Made by a program: the position numbers and the translations under genes. A DNA stretch of 64,000 nucleotides from positions 4,464,001 through 4,528,000 of the forward strand of contig NW_025963835.1 in NCBI RefSeq assembly GCF_023055435.1. Direction: 5' to 3'. Below are positions 24,101-37,186 of the stretch, one piece after another (within the stretch, counting starts at the first letter, position 1; every line of letters begins with the position of its first letter). The stretch comes from Haliotis rufescens. Lineage: Eukaryota. The notes under the pieces are model-generated. The model was not told the origin of the DNA and made no database searches. It saw only the letters and a list, made by a program, of their open reading frames with translations.

Positions 24101-24962
24101 TGTCTCGTGGCAATCTGATCATTAGAATGCATTTAATGTTGTTCTGTTATTTAGATGAACCTGTTTGTGTCAAGATTGACGGGAGACACTATCGGCTTCA
24201 ACATTCACGGTCTCTTTACCATCACCATGCCAACACTCCTTGGGGTGAGTCATACTATCTATTGCATAAATAGCGAGGTTCAGTAAAGACTGAAGTAAGA
24301 AATGACCACATGACAACCACATGACCCGTACCATGTTTGAAACATTGTAAATGTGTGCCTCAAAAACGAGTGGATTTATTTTCAAAGATATGAAACCGAA
24401 GTTACCTATCATCAGTATACAAGGCGAATTATTTTTAATTTTTTTTTTTGTTTGTATCGAAATACACCCAACAGAATAATAATATGTAGAAGTATTTCTA
24501 GAGTGCCTACTTAGGCCCAGCACAGTTCAAGTTTTGGGATATAATATCGCTGACTTGAGCTATTTTCAACTGGAAATCAAACATACGATAACATCAACCG
24601 AGAGGTGTAGGTTCTTTTACCCTTCAGATTAGTAACGATTTTTCATATGTCAGTTATTGTATGCTCTAGTACTATTAGTACAAGTATTAACTAGTATTGG
24701 CCTGTTCTTACCCTTCACTTAACGCACCATAATCCAGAAAACTCTGTAGTTTAACACTTGCCTGTGTTCATAGACTCTTAAAACTTAGATTGCATATTTA
24801 CAATTCAATATTGGATACACAATACTTAAAAACACTAATATCATCCATTTTCAGATTGTCGGAACACTGGTCACCTACATAATTGTGGTTGTACAGTTCA
24901 AGCCAACAGAGCCAACGTGTCAGTGTGGCGTGTTTAGGAATGTCACACAGAGTGATATGTGA
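21197..24962 (+). CDS. Gustatory receptor-like (GRL/7TMIC) copy 1, 420 aa; exons 21197-22192, 22494-22562, 24155-24244, 24855-24962
   Basis: All introns are GT-AG and phase 0. Exon 2 = AHGTLQYVWRLDKERFSGIGLQK, exon 3 = MNLFVSRLTGDTIGFNIHGLFTITMPTLLG, exon 4 = IVGTLVTYIIVVVQFKPTEPTCQCGVFRNVTQSDM*. The TY-x5-QF TM7 motif and three 3' phase-0 introns are GR/GRL hallmarks. Confidence 0.9.
23189..23462 (+). mobile_element. SINE family B in GRL1 intron 2
   Basis: TSD aatagga. The paralogous site in GRL2 (~31240, aaataggaagtgac) is empty. Confidence 0.9.
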
Positions 24963-25582
24963 TTTTGAACACGATGTGTAACAAAATGTGTAGATGTGTA
25001 AGCTTCTATAATCACTACCTTCAGTGTGTCATCCTTACTTTCTTGTCATACCTAGCCTCTTACCTTCTTGAGAGGGAATGCTAAGGAGGTGCATCAATAG
25101 CATTGTAGGGATGTCACCACCCAGTGAATTACGTGACGAAAGACACTCGTCTCGGCATATGATGAATACATACTTGTATCTCGTTATAAAGCTGGCAGCC
25201 AACTTTGACAAGAAATGTAAAGAATAAACATGTGATTCATGTTTGATTTTCATAATACTAGTATTCTCAATATTCTATGAGTAAACTAAGGTAATATCTT
25301 AATATGTTTCCCATTGCATGACTGATTTTGAATTTGTGATTGACAGTGAGATAAGTGGAATAAATTGGTAAAATGCTTGGAACTAAGGTATTGATTCTAT
25401 TCCGACTCTTCTTGTTCCAGAATGAAAACTCTTGAGCTGTGTATTCGCCAACCATTCTGATCACTTACATAAAATTTGATTTCATGTGCACATTGCATTC
25501 GTTTCAACAACTGCATCATGAATAAATGAACCGCTTAAAGAGTTGTTGATTGTGTCGTGCTTGCATCATCATAGTTGACTAA

Positions 25583-25841
25583 AGTGGTGGCCAAGTCGTC
25601 GAAGTCGCCGAAATTCACTGTGCAGACTTGGATGACGAGATCCTTTGATCGTGGGTTCGGGTCTCGATCTTCCCCCGATTATGTTTCTTGGTTTGTCAGC
25701 ACCATTCCTGTGCTCGTGGCTTTCACCAAAGTAATAATCGTCTGAAACCTGCATCACTTCGGGCTTTACTCCCATTATTAGCGGATATGATATAACTGGA
25801 ATACTGTTCAAAGCGGTATTAAACTCAACTAGCTCACTCAC
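25583..25841 (+). mobile_element. Old SINE family C downstream of GRL1; paralogous copies at ~33512-33770 and ~41862-42128
   Basis: Degenerate family C sequence at the equivalent position 3' of copies 1, 2 and 3. Confidence 0.7.
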
Positions 25842-26389
25842 TTCACTTCAATTGAAGTGGTTTTATGTGTAATGTCCATCTAGCAGCGTGTAAAATCACG
25901 GAAATATGAGTGCCATTTTTAAATCATCTATTGTGTATATTTCTTTTATTATTTGGCTCGTTTTTTGACGGTGTATAATGTAAACTATAATTCCTCATTT
26001 GCTGACAAAACTGCGTATTACAATTTCCAATCGTAATAGTAACTCTGCACTAGTCGGGAATGAGGTCATAATAGATGTATCGCAATGACGTCAGTATCAA
26101 GGGATTCGTGTAGAAGGTTGTCACAATGTCTGCAAACATTTTTAATTAATTCGATGTTGAATGTATTTGCTACCAATCATCATCTAATCCTACAATTTGC
26201 TTCTGATAAAACATCAGTGACTCTCTATGGGGTAAACAGGTCTTAGCACCTAAATATACTACCGACAGAAATAAGGGAACTGATGAAATGGCAGTGAATG
26301 TGTAATGACGATACTTGTGTGTCAAAGTAATTTCGGGTGTGTGTAGATCAATATCTGTCCTGTCCACCATGTTTGGCGATACATGCACG

Positions 26390-26890
26390 ACACCTTGATG
26401 GCATACTGTTGATTAATTAGCGTATGGTTGCCCTTGGTATTGCCTGCAATTCCGCCTGAAGAGTTACTCCAAGCTGGGTCACGTTGGCGGGTGCTCGGTC
26501 TGTGATTCTCTGCTTGGTCTCAGGGCGCCTTTTTCAAGTCTGCTGCATAATTTCAGGCGGGCTGCATAGAGCAGGTTGTTTGCGGTAGATGTTGAAATTA
26601 GCCTTCCTGTTATTGTCGGGAATGCTCTATTGGTAACAGGAGCAGATGTGAATCTATTGCGTAGTGCAATTAATGATGTGAGACGGTCTTCTCCGGTTTA
26701 CGTTTGGCCTGCCACATCCAGGTCTGATTGCAACCGCATCCATTTTGACGGTACTTGTCCCATAGTCGAGAAATTACACTATTTGATTTGGCAAACATTC
26801 GGGCAATTTGGGATATTGACGCCCCTACTCCATCATATCCACAATTCGCCATTTGGTCTCTTCATCGAGATACTGTTAGTTCCCTTGTTT
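26390..26890 (-). mobile_element. Tc1/mariner remnant (N-terminal HTH region); duplicated at ~34320-34810
   Basis: GASISQIARMFAKSNSVISRLWDKYRQNG...GRP is a Tc1 paired-like HTH. Confidence 0.65.
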
Positions 26891-27449
26891 TGTCGGTAGT
26901 ATATGTATATTTTTTGTTCGTTTTTGATTCACTTTTCCAGTTGAAAACATGGATGTTTGCTCTGACAAACACCGACGATTGGTTCCGTACACAAAGGAGC
27001 TTAGAAATGACAATTCAAGTGACCTTGTCAGTTTACTCAATTACCAAATGGCATCTCTCTACTACAGTAAACACTTCCTGAGTTATCTCAAACATAACAC
27101 ATTTGTGTATTTGACCTTGAGAATGAATCTGACCGTCAATATTTGAGACCAGCATTTCAAGCACATTCTTCAGGCCTATCCAGCATGTAAACTAAATATG
27201 TCCCTTTGTGGAGTTCACAATAGCAACGACAATGAAGCATGATTCTCATTGCAAATAGGTAACAGTTACCTACCATTGTTGCCACTGATAAGTTGTCCCA
27301 CATAAGTATGCAATCAATATAACCTCCATACTGCATTAAATTTATAAAATCAAAATATCTTCAGACGATGTTATGAAAAATCGCAAACTATATGTCTGAC
27401 GTTCCCTGTTATCTTGACCTTACACATTGCTTGACCCATGACCTGGTCT

Positions 27450-27726
27450 GGGGGACACGGTCGGCCCAGTCGTCTAAGGCTCCGCGATTCGCTGTGCAGA
27501 GTTGCGTCCCTTGGGCACGCCAGAAACCTATGATTGTGGGTTCGAATCCCGGTTCGCCCAGATTATGTTTCTAGGTTTGTCAGCACCATACCCGTGCTCG
27601 TTGGTTTCACCGAAGTGGTAAACGTCTAAGACCTTCGGGCTTTCCTCCCACATTAAGCTGACACGCCGTGATATAACTGGAATACTGTTAAAAGCGGCGT
27701 TAAACCCAACTCACTCACTCACTCAC
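27450..27726 (+). mobile_element. SINE family C (same insertion as 35503, copied by segmental duplication)
   Basis: TSD gacctggtctggg is identical at both loci. Confidence 0.9.
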
Positions 27727-29105
27727 GACCTGGTCTGGGCCCGAACCCAACGATTGCCATATACTAAATACTTTATCCACGGAGATGGCCTTCTTTTAAA
27801 GAATGTGTCAATGTGTCAAAATATATAAAAAACGTCAACGCCAGAGCATAATCAGGCTCGATTATCTATCTAAAAGATTGCATTGGGCGTAAAGGGCAAA
27901 ATAGTGCTGAAAATTGCATAAATGGATCTCTGAAAATCAGCGATAACACCATGTGTACATGAAGAGGGTAAGCATGTCCTTCCCTACTCGTAGAATCCGC
28001 CACTTACAACAATTTCCCTGCAGGGTCATAGAGGAGACGAACATGACATGAAATTACAGGGGTGTCCAAGTGCCGCAGCACTGGCGGAAGAGAAATGTAG
28101 GCAAAACGTTAAAGCATCCTGTTACTGAATACCAACATAATACAAAAACATCTAACTTGGCAAATGATGAAAGTTTGAGTTGATGATAGAACGACTTAAT
28201 TAGCATATTAAATAGAGGAGTCGCTCGACAACGTGTATGCTGAATTAAATGTAAAACCAAACTCTCGCACGAAGTACTTCGCAGAACTAACAAGATACAC
28301 GTTTGGGAATGTCCTCAATTCCATGATCGACAGAACCAGCACGGGCTAAACAATACAGTAGTGATTAAAAGTGGACGTGGACGTGGACGACAATATCCCG
28401 TAATGCATCAGATGATTGAACGTGGCACAACGTTTCTATTATGGATGAGTGTATTGGTGTCACTGCGTCACATTTATTGTGCGATCGAATACCAATAAGA
28501 CACACAGGGGGATCCTTCCGCCAATATTAGGAGAAACATTAACAGGAAAATGGTTTGGAGTTTTGTTACCAGAGGAAAATCCCCTCAAACACTGGACAGA
28601 AAAGAGTAGTGCACTGTTAGTGTCAGCACATATTTTAGAGAGAAGCAGTTTGCACTGGAATATACATTTGGTTTGTGCGCCTTGTGGAATGAAACAGATC
28701 AACGACTGTGATCAGCAAGACAGGAAGCATTGTGGTTGCCATTTTTGAAATACTACAGGAATCGTTTATTCTATGTCCGGAGATATGAACAATGAAAAAG
28801 TAATTTGAACTGATTATGTTTTCACCAACTGGAAGTGTCTGAAAAACGAAATTTCTTCTACATTCTACACAGCCGGGAATTATTGAACAAATTTATATCC
28901 TTCTAATTGGGAGAATTGAGCACTGGAACACATTACAAACGTGAAGTGGTTCCCTGCATTGGTAATCATCATCGCTTATGCTATGATTTGACATGATATG
29001 ATTGGTGTGAAGCTCATTCTTGAGGTCTCCTCGCAGTGATAGTGACGTTGCTGGAATATTGCTTCAAACAGTGTATTTATTATTTATAACTAACTGTCAG
29101 CCAAA

Positions 29106-32100
29106 ATGTTTAGAAAGGTAAAGCCATCTACAGGTGAGATTTCATCTCAACGTCCAGACGAGCTGTCCACAGTTTCAGCCTCATTCTTTAAATATTTACG
29201 TATCATTTCTTGTCTCGGAGGAATCTATCGTCGTGTGAGCCCTGGGGAGAAAATGACATGGTGCGACAGACTTAAACTTGTGTACGTCATATTTGTTCAA
29301 ATAGTTTTTATGACAAACGTTATCTTCTTCCTCATTGTTACTTACAACTATACTATAGACTCTAAACCAGTTGCACGTCTTCTGTCGTTCTGTGCTGTAA
29401 TGTTAATAGATTTGTACTTGTCTTTCGTCTACAGTATCTTTCTGTCAAAAACATTCCAACTGTTGCATGTTCGTTTTTGTAAGTATGAGGAACGGTACGG
29501 ATTCAGTGTTGGATTCAAGAAGTGGGTGAAGAAGTTGAGGGCAATCCTTATTGTCGACGTTTTATTCACGACAGTATTTGGTCAACTAAAATACTCCATG
29601 GTGCAAAACTATCCTGTAGTTATGAACGATATATACCCTACCATTTCTTTTATGGAACCTTGGAAATCTGTTGGCTTAGTTATAACGTCCATTGGATACA
29701 TATTAGTAGAAATTCTGTGGCTAACCAATTATGTTGCTATACCATTCCTTTCGCTGTTTTTGTGGCAAGAGTTTAACCGTGTTGAAACACAATTCCAGGA
29801 ACTTGCAAACAGTCAGTGTGAAGACACTGAAGCGTGGTTCAATACCTTGGTAATTCATCATGGCCATGTAACTGAAGTGCTTGAGGATATCAACAACTAT
29901 GTGCAACACTTTATTTTCACTACTGTATTCATGACTTTGCCTGTGACTTGTGCCATAATACATTCCATTTTATCCAAGTCAGTCAATTCTGAAGAAGTGA
30001 TAGTTTATAGCACAGGGTGTGTTTGGGCCCTTCTGTGTGTAGGCTTGAGACTGCTCGTTGATGCACTGGTCAGTTCAAAGGTAAGAATGTTACTTTTTAT
30101 GTCTAAAGATATAGAAGATGATTAGGATAACTTTGATAATTGTTTCATTACGTACCAGCTTAATGTGAGCGAAAAAACTTAAGCAATGAAGTAACATTTT
30201 TGACGAAATCCATGAGTATTGGTATGGTTTGGTATGGTACAGTAAAAGTCAATATTACTATGAAATCCTGATTGGAACCCTCAATCAGAGAATCCTGGTA
30301 GGTCTAATTGGTGCAACTCTATACTATACTATACTTGCAATTGGAAGGTGGTAGATGTACAGAATATCGTTACGGTTCTTGTTGCAGGCTCACGGGACTC
30401 TACAGTACGTATGGAGGCTTGATAAAGAACGTTTCTCTGGCATAGGGCTACAGAAGGTATATGTGAAACTACTTTTACACTCAAACATTAAATGAGTTAT
30501 ATGTTCATCTCCCCTGATAAATGTTTAAATCCAAGTGGCTTATGTGATGACCAATGTGTATCCGTCGTCCATCATCGTGTACATGTCCATATGTGTTCTT
30601 CCCGTTTCCAATCATTTACAAAAAACAAAGGTGTTCCCATCCTTGTTATCAAATTGAAGAAATAATACGCCATTAACACGGTTAAGAACAAATTTCTTTT
30701 AACAACAAGGTGATGCATGTGGTAAATTTGTTTCCATTTCTCAGAAAAGGAAAAAAATGATCATATTCTTTTTTATCACATCCAAAAATCTAAAGATTGT
30801 AGATCATCATGAATCATCAGTTTTGAAGATTGTGAAAGGTCAATGTAATCATCAAAATAATTGTGAAAAACCAATTTGAATGTATTCCACATGGTCCATA
30901 AGCAAGAGATGTACTAACATAAACCTTTAACTTTGGGTCAGAGCTTCAGCGTGGTTTCTTTGGCATATGAGGACAGAAACAACAAACACATAATTAGGTT
31001 CCTTCTTTTCCCTTGGGGCAACTTCCCCAAATTTGTTGAAACGTAAACGTGGACAATGTGTCATTGAAGATCAGATTGTTACATTGTGTGAACTGACAGT
31101 TTGTTGCCAATGCTATCGAAATATAAAGTGACCATTAGAACTTGACATAAGAGCATTATAAATTGATCTTTGCCAAATTTGGAGGAAGGGTAATATCTTG
31201 TTGGAAATCCTGCTTACCTCCTTACCATGCCTCTTCCAAAATAGGAAGTGACATAATCAGATAGGGAGTGCACATTACTTTCTAGGCAGATATAAGCATG
31301 AGGCATACAGGTGTTGAGGTCTCATGCAGCGGGCATGTGCTTCCAAGTTTGAGTAATCTGGTGTGATGCACGTTTTTGAAAATTCAGTGATGGAGCTGCT
31401 TCTGTGATTAGTCCATGACGTAACCATAGTTGGAACTTGATAAGTTGGCAACAGGTTTATCTTTTAATCATGACAGTAGTTACTTGGAGTGTTTGTTTTT
31501 CATGTACAATATTTGTTAATGCGACTCAAGGTAATTGATTTCCATGTATATAATTAGGTACATGGCACATTTCGAGTAAGAATAAACCTATTTGATATTT
31601 TACATGTATAAATTTGTTCTTTTCTGTTTTCCTATGGAAATTTGATTACAAGAAACTAGTGCAAACACATATCCTTATAACAGAGGGAAAAGAATTGCCA
31701 ATTAACAGGTCGCGTCATTGCTGGATATGACCCCGCACTCGGCAATATTCCAGCTATATGACGTCGACACGCAAATAAGACAATCTAGACCACACAATCT
31801 AGTGATCGATATTGTAAGCAACAAGTCACCGAGCCCGATCACATGCTCCTTCTGGTCGCCTCTTACGACCAGCATAGATTGCTGCGGACCCATTGTAACC
31901 CGAAGATACAGAGCATATTAAATGGTGATGAACAAATACAATGTTTTTGATAGTTTAACTCTCGCGCTCGGTTTATCGTCACTCGGCAGACATAGGGTAT
32001 TTATCTCACTTATAGATGAGGCTGTCTCGTGACAATCTGATCATTAGAATGCATTTAATGTTGTTCTGTTATTTAGATGAACCTGTTTGTGTCAAGATTG

Positions 32101-32889
32101 ACGGGAGACACTATCGGCTACAACATTCACGGCCTCTTTACCATCACCATGCCAACACTCCTTGGGGTGAGTCATACTATCTATTGCATGACGTGAAAAT
32201 AATGAGGTTCAATAAAGACTGAAGTAAGAAATGACCACATGACAACCTCATGACCCGTACCATGTTTGAAACATTGTAAATGTGTGCCTCAAAAACGAGT
32301 GGATTTATTTTCAAAGATATGAGACCGAAGTTACCTATCATCAGTATATAAGGCGAATTATTTTTATTTTATTTTTGTTTTTATCGAAATACACCCAACA
32401 AAATAAAAAGACGTAGAAGTATTTTAAGGGTGCCTACTAAGGCCCAGCACAGTTCAAGTTTTGGGATATAATATCGCTGACTTGAGCTATTTTCAACTGG
32501 AAATCAAACATACGATAACATCAACCGAGAGGCGTAAGTTCTTTTACCCCTCAGATTAGTAACGATTTTTAATATGTCATTTATTGTATGCTCTAGTACT
32601 ATTAGTACAAGTATTAACTAGTATTGGCCTGTTCTTACCCTTCACTTAACGCACCACAATCCAGAAAACTCTGTAGTTTAACACTTGTCTGTGTTCATAG
32701 ACTCTTAAAACTTAGATTGCATATTTACAATTCAATATTGGATACACAATACTTAAAAACACTAATATCATCCATTTTCAGATTGTCGGAACACTGGTCA
32801 CCTACATAATTGTGGTTGTACAGTTCAAGCCAACAGAGCCAACGTGTCAGTGTGGCGTGTTTAGGAATGTCACACATAGTGATATGTGA
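29106..32889 (+). CDS. GRL copy 2, 413 aa; exons 29106-30080, 30388-30456, 32077-32166, 32782-32889
   Basis: Same exon sizes (69, 90, 108 nt), GT-AG phase-0 introns, TYIIVVVQF motif, ends NVTHSDM*. Confidence 0.9.
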
Positions 32890-35502
32890 TTTTGAACACG
32901 ATGTGTAACAAAATGTGTAGATGTGTAAGCTTCTATAATCACTACCTTCAGTGTGTCATCCTTACTTTCTTGTCATACCTAGCCTCTTACCTTCTTGAGA
33001 GGGAATGCTAAGGAGGTGCATCAATAGCATTGTAGGGATGTCACCACCCAGTGAATTACGTGACGAAAGACACTCGTCTCGGCATATGATGAATACATAC
33101 TTGTATCTCGTTATAAAGCTGGCAGCCAACTTTGACAAGAAATGTAAAGAATAAACATGTGATTCATGTTTGATTTTCATAATACTAGTATTCTCAATAT
33201 TCTATGAGTAAACAAAGGTATTATCTAAATTTGTTTCCTATTGCATGACTGATTTTGAATTTGTGATTGACAGTGAGATAAGTGGAATAAATTGGTAAAA
33301 TGCTTGGAACTAAGGTATTGATTCTATTCCGACTCTTCTTGTTCCAGAATGAAAACTCTTGAGCTGTGTATTCGCCAACCATTCTGATCACTTACATAAA
33401 ATTTGATTTCATGTGCACATATGGCATTCGTTTCAACAACTGCATCATGAATAAATGAACCGCTTAAAGTGTTGTTGATTGTTTTGTGCTTGAATCATTA
33501 TAGTTGACTAAAGTGGTGGCCCAGTCCTCGAAGTCACCGAAATTCACTGTGCAGTCTTGGATGACGAGATCCTTTGATCGTGGGTTCGGGTCTCGATCTT
33601 CCCCCGATTATGTTTCTTGGTTTGTCAGCACCATTCCCGTGCTCGTGGCTTTCACCAAAGTAATAATCGTCTGAAACCTGCATCACTTCGGGCTTTACTC
33701 CTAACTTAGCGGCCAGATATAACTGGAATACTGTTCAAAGCGGTATTAAACTCAACTAGCTCACTCACTTCACATCAATTGAAGTGGTTTTATGTGTAAT
33801 GTCCATCTAGCACCGTGCAAAATCCAGGAAATATAAGTACCATTTTTAAATCATCTATTGTGTATATTTCTTTTATTATTTGGCTCGTTTTTTGACGGTG
33901 TATAATGTAAGCTATAATTCCTCATTTGCTGACAAAACTGCGTATTTCAATTTCCAATCGTAATAGTAACTCTGCACTAGTCGGAAATGAGGTCATCATA
34001 GATGTATCGCAATGACGTCAGTATCAAGGGATTCGTGTAGAAGGTTGTCACAATGTCTGCAAACATTTTTAATTAATTCGATGTTGAATGTATTTGCTAT
34101 CAATCATCATCTAATCCTACAATTTGCTTCTGATAAAACACCAGTGACACTCTGCTATGGTAAACAGACCTTAGCACCTAAATATACTACCGACAGAAAT
34201 AAGGGAACTGATGAAATGGCAGTGAATGTGTAATGACGATACTTGTGTGTCAAAGTAATTTCGGGTGTGTGTAGATCAATATCTGTCCTTTCCACCATGT
34301 TTGGCGATACATGCACCACTCCTTGATGGCATACTATTGATTAATTTGCGTGTGGTTGCCCTTGGTATTGCCTGCCATTCCGCCTGAAGAGTTACTCCAA
34401 GCTGGGTCACGTTGGCGGGTGCTCGGTCTGTGATTCTCTGCTGGGTCTCAGGGCGCTTTTTAAAGTCTGCTGCATAATTTCAGGCGGGCTGCATAGAGCA
34501 GGTTGTTTGCGGCAGATGTTGAAATTAGCCTTCCTGTTATTGTCGGGAATGCTCTATTGATAACAGGAGCAGATGTGAATCTAATGCGTGGTGCAATTAA
34601 TGATGTGAGACGGTCTTCTCCGGTTTACGTTTGGCCTGCCACATCCAGGTCTGATTGCAACCGCATCCATTTTGACGGTACTTGTCCCACAGTCGAGAAA
34701 TTACACTATTTGATTTGGCAAACATTCGGGCAATTTGGGATATTGACGCCCCTACTCCATCATATCCACAATTCGCCATTTGGTCTCTTCATCGAGATAC
34801 TGTTAGTTCCCTTTTTTTGTCGGTAGTATATGTATTTTTGTTGAAAGCGGTGATATTGTTGAATTCGTGACATCTTTCTCCGTCAACGTTTGCCTGTTCC
34901 AAACTCAGTTATTTACAGCCTGCTGTCATATAGCTTGACTATTGCTAAATGAGGGAAAACACAAACACACATCCTTTTTTGATTCACAAGGTTGAATTTT
35001 TCCAGTTGAAAACATGGATGTTTGCTCTTGCAAACACAGACGATTGGTTCCGTACACAAAGGAGCTTAGAAGTGACCTTGTCAGTTTACTCAATTACCAA
35101 ATGGAATCTCTCTACTACAGTAAACACTCCCTGAGTTATCACAAACATAACACATTTGTGTATTTGACCTTGAAATTGAATCTGACCTTCAATATTTGAG
35201 ACCAGCATTTCAAGCACATTCCTCAGGCCTATCAAGCATGTAAACTAAATATGTCCCTTTGTGGAGTTCACCATAACAACGACAATGAAGCATGTTTCTC
35301 ATTGCAAGAAGGTAACAGTTACCTACCATTGTTGCCACCAATATGTTGTCCTACATAAGTATGCAAACAATATAACCTCCATACTGCATTAAATTTACAA
35401 AATCAAAATATCTTCAGAAGATGTTAAGAAGAATCGCAAACTGTATGTCTGACGTTCCCTGTTATCTTGACCTTACACATTGCTTGACCCATGACCTGGT
35501 CT

Positions 35503-35787
35503 GGGGGGCACGGGTGGCCCAGTCGTCTAAGGCGCCGCGATTCGCTGTGTAGAGTTGCGTCCCTTGTGCACGCCAGAAACCTATGATTGTGGGTTCGAAT
35601 CCCGGTTCGCCCAGATTATGTTTCTAGGTTTGTCAGCACCATACCCGTGCTGGTGGGTTTCACCGAAGTGGTAAACGTCTGAAACCTGCATCACTTCGGG
35701 CTTTCCTCCCACATTAAGCTGACACACCGTGATATAACTGGAATACTGTTAAAAGCGGCGTTAAACCCAACTCACTCACTCACTCAC
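35503..35787 (+). mobile_element. SINE family C
   Basis: Full length, close to the family consensus. Confidence 0.9.
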
Positions 35788-37186
35788 GACCTGGTCTGGG
35801 CCCGAACCCAACGATTGCCATATACTAAATACTTTATCCACGGAGTCGGCCTTCTTTTAAAGAACTGGTCAATGTGTCAAAATATATATAAAACGCCAAC
35901 GCCAGAGCATAATCAGGCTCGATTATCTTTCTAAAAGATTGCATTGGGCGTAAAGGGCAAAATAGTGCTGAAAATTGCATAAATGGATCTCTGAAAATCA
36001 GCGATAACACCATGTGTACATGAAGAGGGTAAGCCTGTCCTTCCCTACTCGTAGAATCCGCCACTCACAACAATTTCCCTGCAGGTCCAGAGAGGAGACG
36101 AACATGACATGAAATTACAGGGGTGTCCAAGTGCCGCAGCACTGGCGGAGGAGAAATGTAGGCAAAACGTTAAAGTATCCTGTTACTGAATACCAACATA
36201 ATACAAAAACATCTAACATGGCAAATGATGAAAGTTTGAGTTGATGATAGAACGACTTAATTAGCATATTAAATAAAGGAGTCGCTCGACAACGTGTATG
36301 CTGAATTAAATGTAAAACCAAACTCTCGCACGAAGTACTTCGCAGAACTAACAAGATACACGTTTGGAAATGTCCTCAATTCCATGATCGACAGAACCAA
36401 CACGGGCTAAACAATACAGTATTGATTAAAAGTGGACGTGGACGTGGACGTGGACGTGGACGACAAAACCCGTAATGCATCAGATGATTGAACGTGGCAC
36501 AACGTTTCTATTGTTGTCTGATCTAGATCTATTGTGTAACATTTATTGTGCGATCGAATACCAATAAAAGACACAGGGGGATCCTTCCGCCAATATTAGG
36601 AGAAACATTAACAGGAAAATGGTTTGGAGTTTTGTTACCAGAGGAAAATCCCCTCAAACACTGGACAGAAAAGAGTAGGGCACTGTTGGTGTCAGCACAT
36701 ATTTTAGAGAGAAGCAGTTTGCACTGGAATATACATTTGGTTTGTGCGCCTTGTGGAATGAAACAGATCAACGACTGTGATCAGCAAGACAGGAAGCATT
36801 GTGGTTGCCATTTTGGAAATACTACAGGAATCGTTTATTCTATGTTCGGAGATATGAACAACGAAAAAGTAATTTGAACTGATGTTGTCTTCACCACCTG
36901 GTTTTGTCTGAAAAACGAAATTGTATCTGTTGTTTTCTTGTACATTCCACACAGCCGGGAATTACTGAACAAATTTATATCCTTCTAATTGGGAGAATTG
37001 AGCACCAGAACACATTACAAACGTGAAGTGCTTCCCTGCATTGGTAATCGTCATCGCTTATGCTATGATATGACATCATATGATTTGTGTGAAGCTCATT
37101 CTTGAGGTCTCCTCGCAGTGAAAGTGACGTTGCTGGAATATTGCTTAAACAGTGTATTTGTTATTGATAACTAACTGTCAGCCAAA

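Larger units (their letters stand above)
22193..37186 (+). repeat. ~8-kb tandem segmental duplication (about 22.2-29.1 kb vs 30.1-37.2 kb, plus exon 1)
   Basis: Near-identical 3' UTR and intergenic DNA (ORF 25035-25253 equals ORF 32962-33180; shared Tc1 remnant and SINE). Start-to-start spacing is 7909 and 8081 bp. Confidence 0.92.

Noticed and set aside
25035-25253. Identical 72-aa minus-strand ORFs at 25035 and 32962, and other paired short ORFs
   Set aside because: Antisense to the GRL 3' UTR; identity reflects the recent duplication, and the ORF is not preserved in copies 3 and 4.
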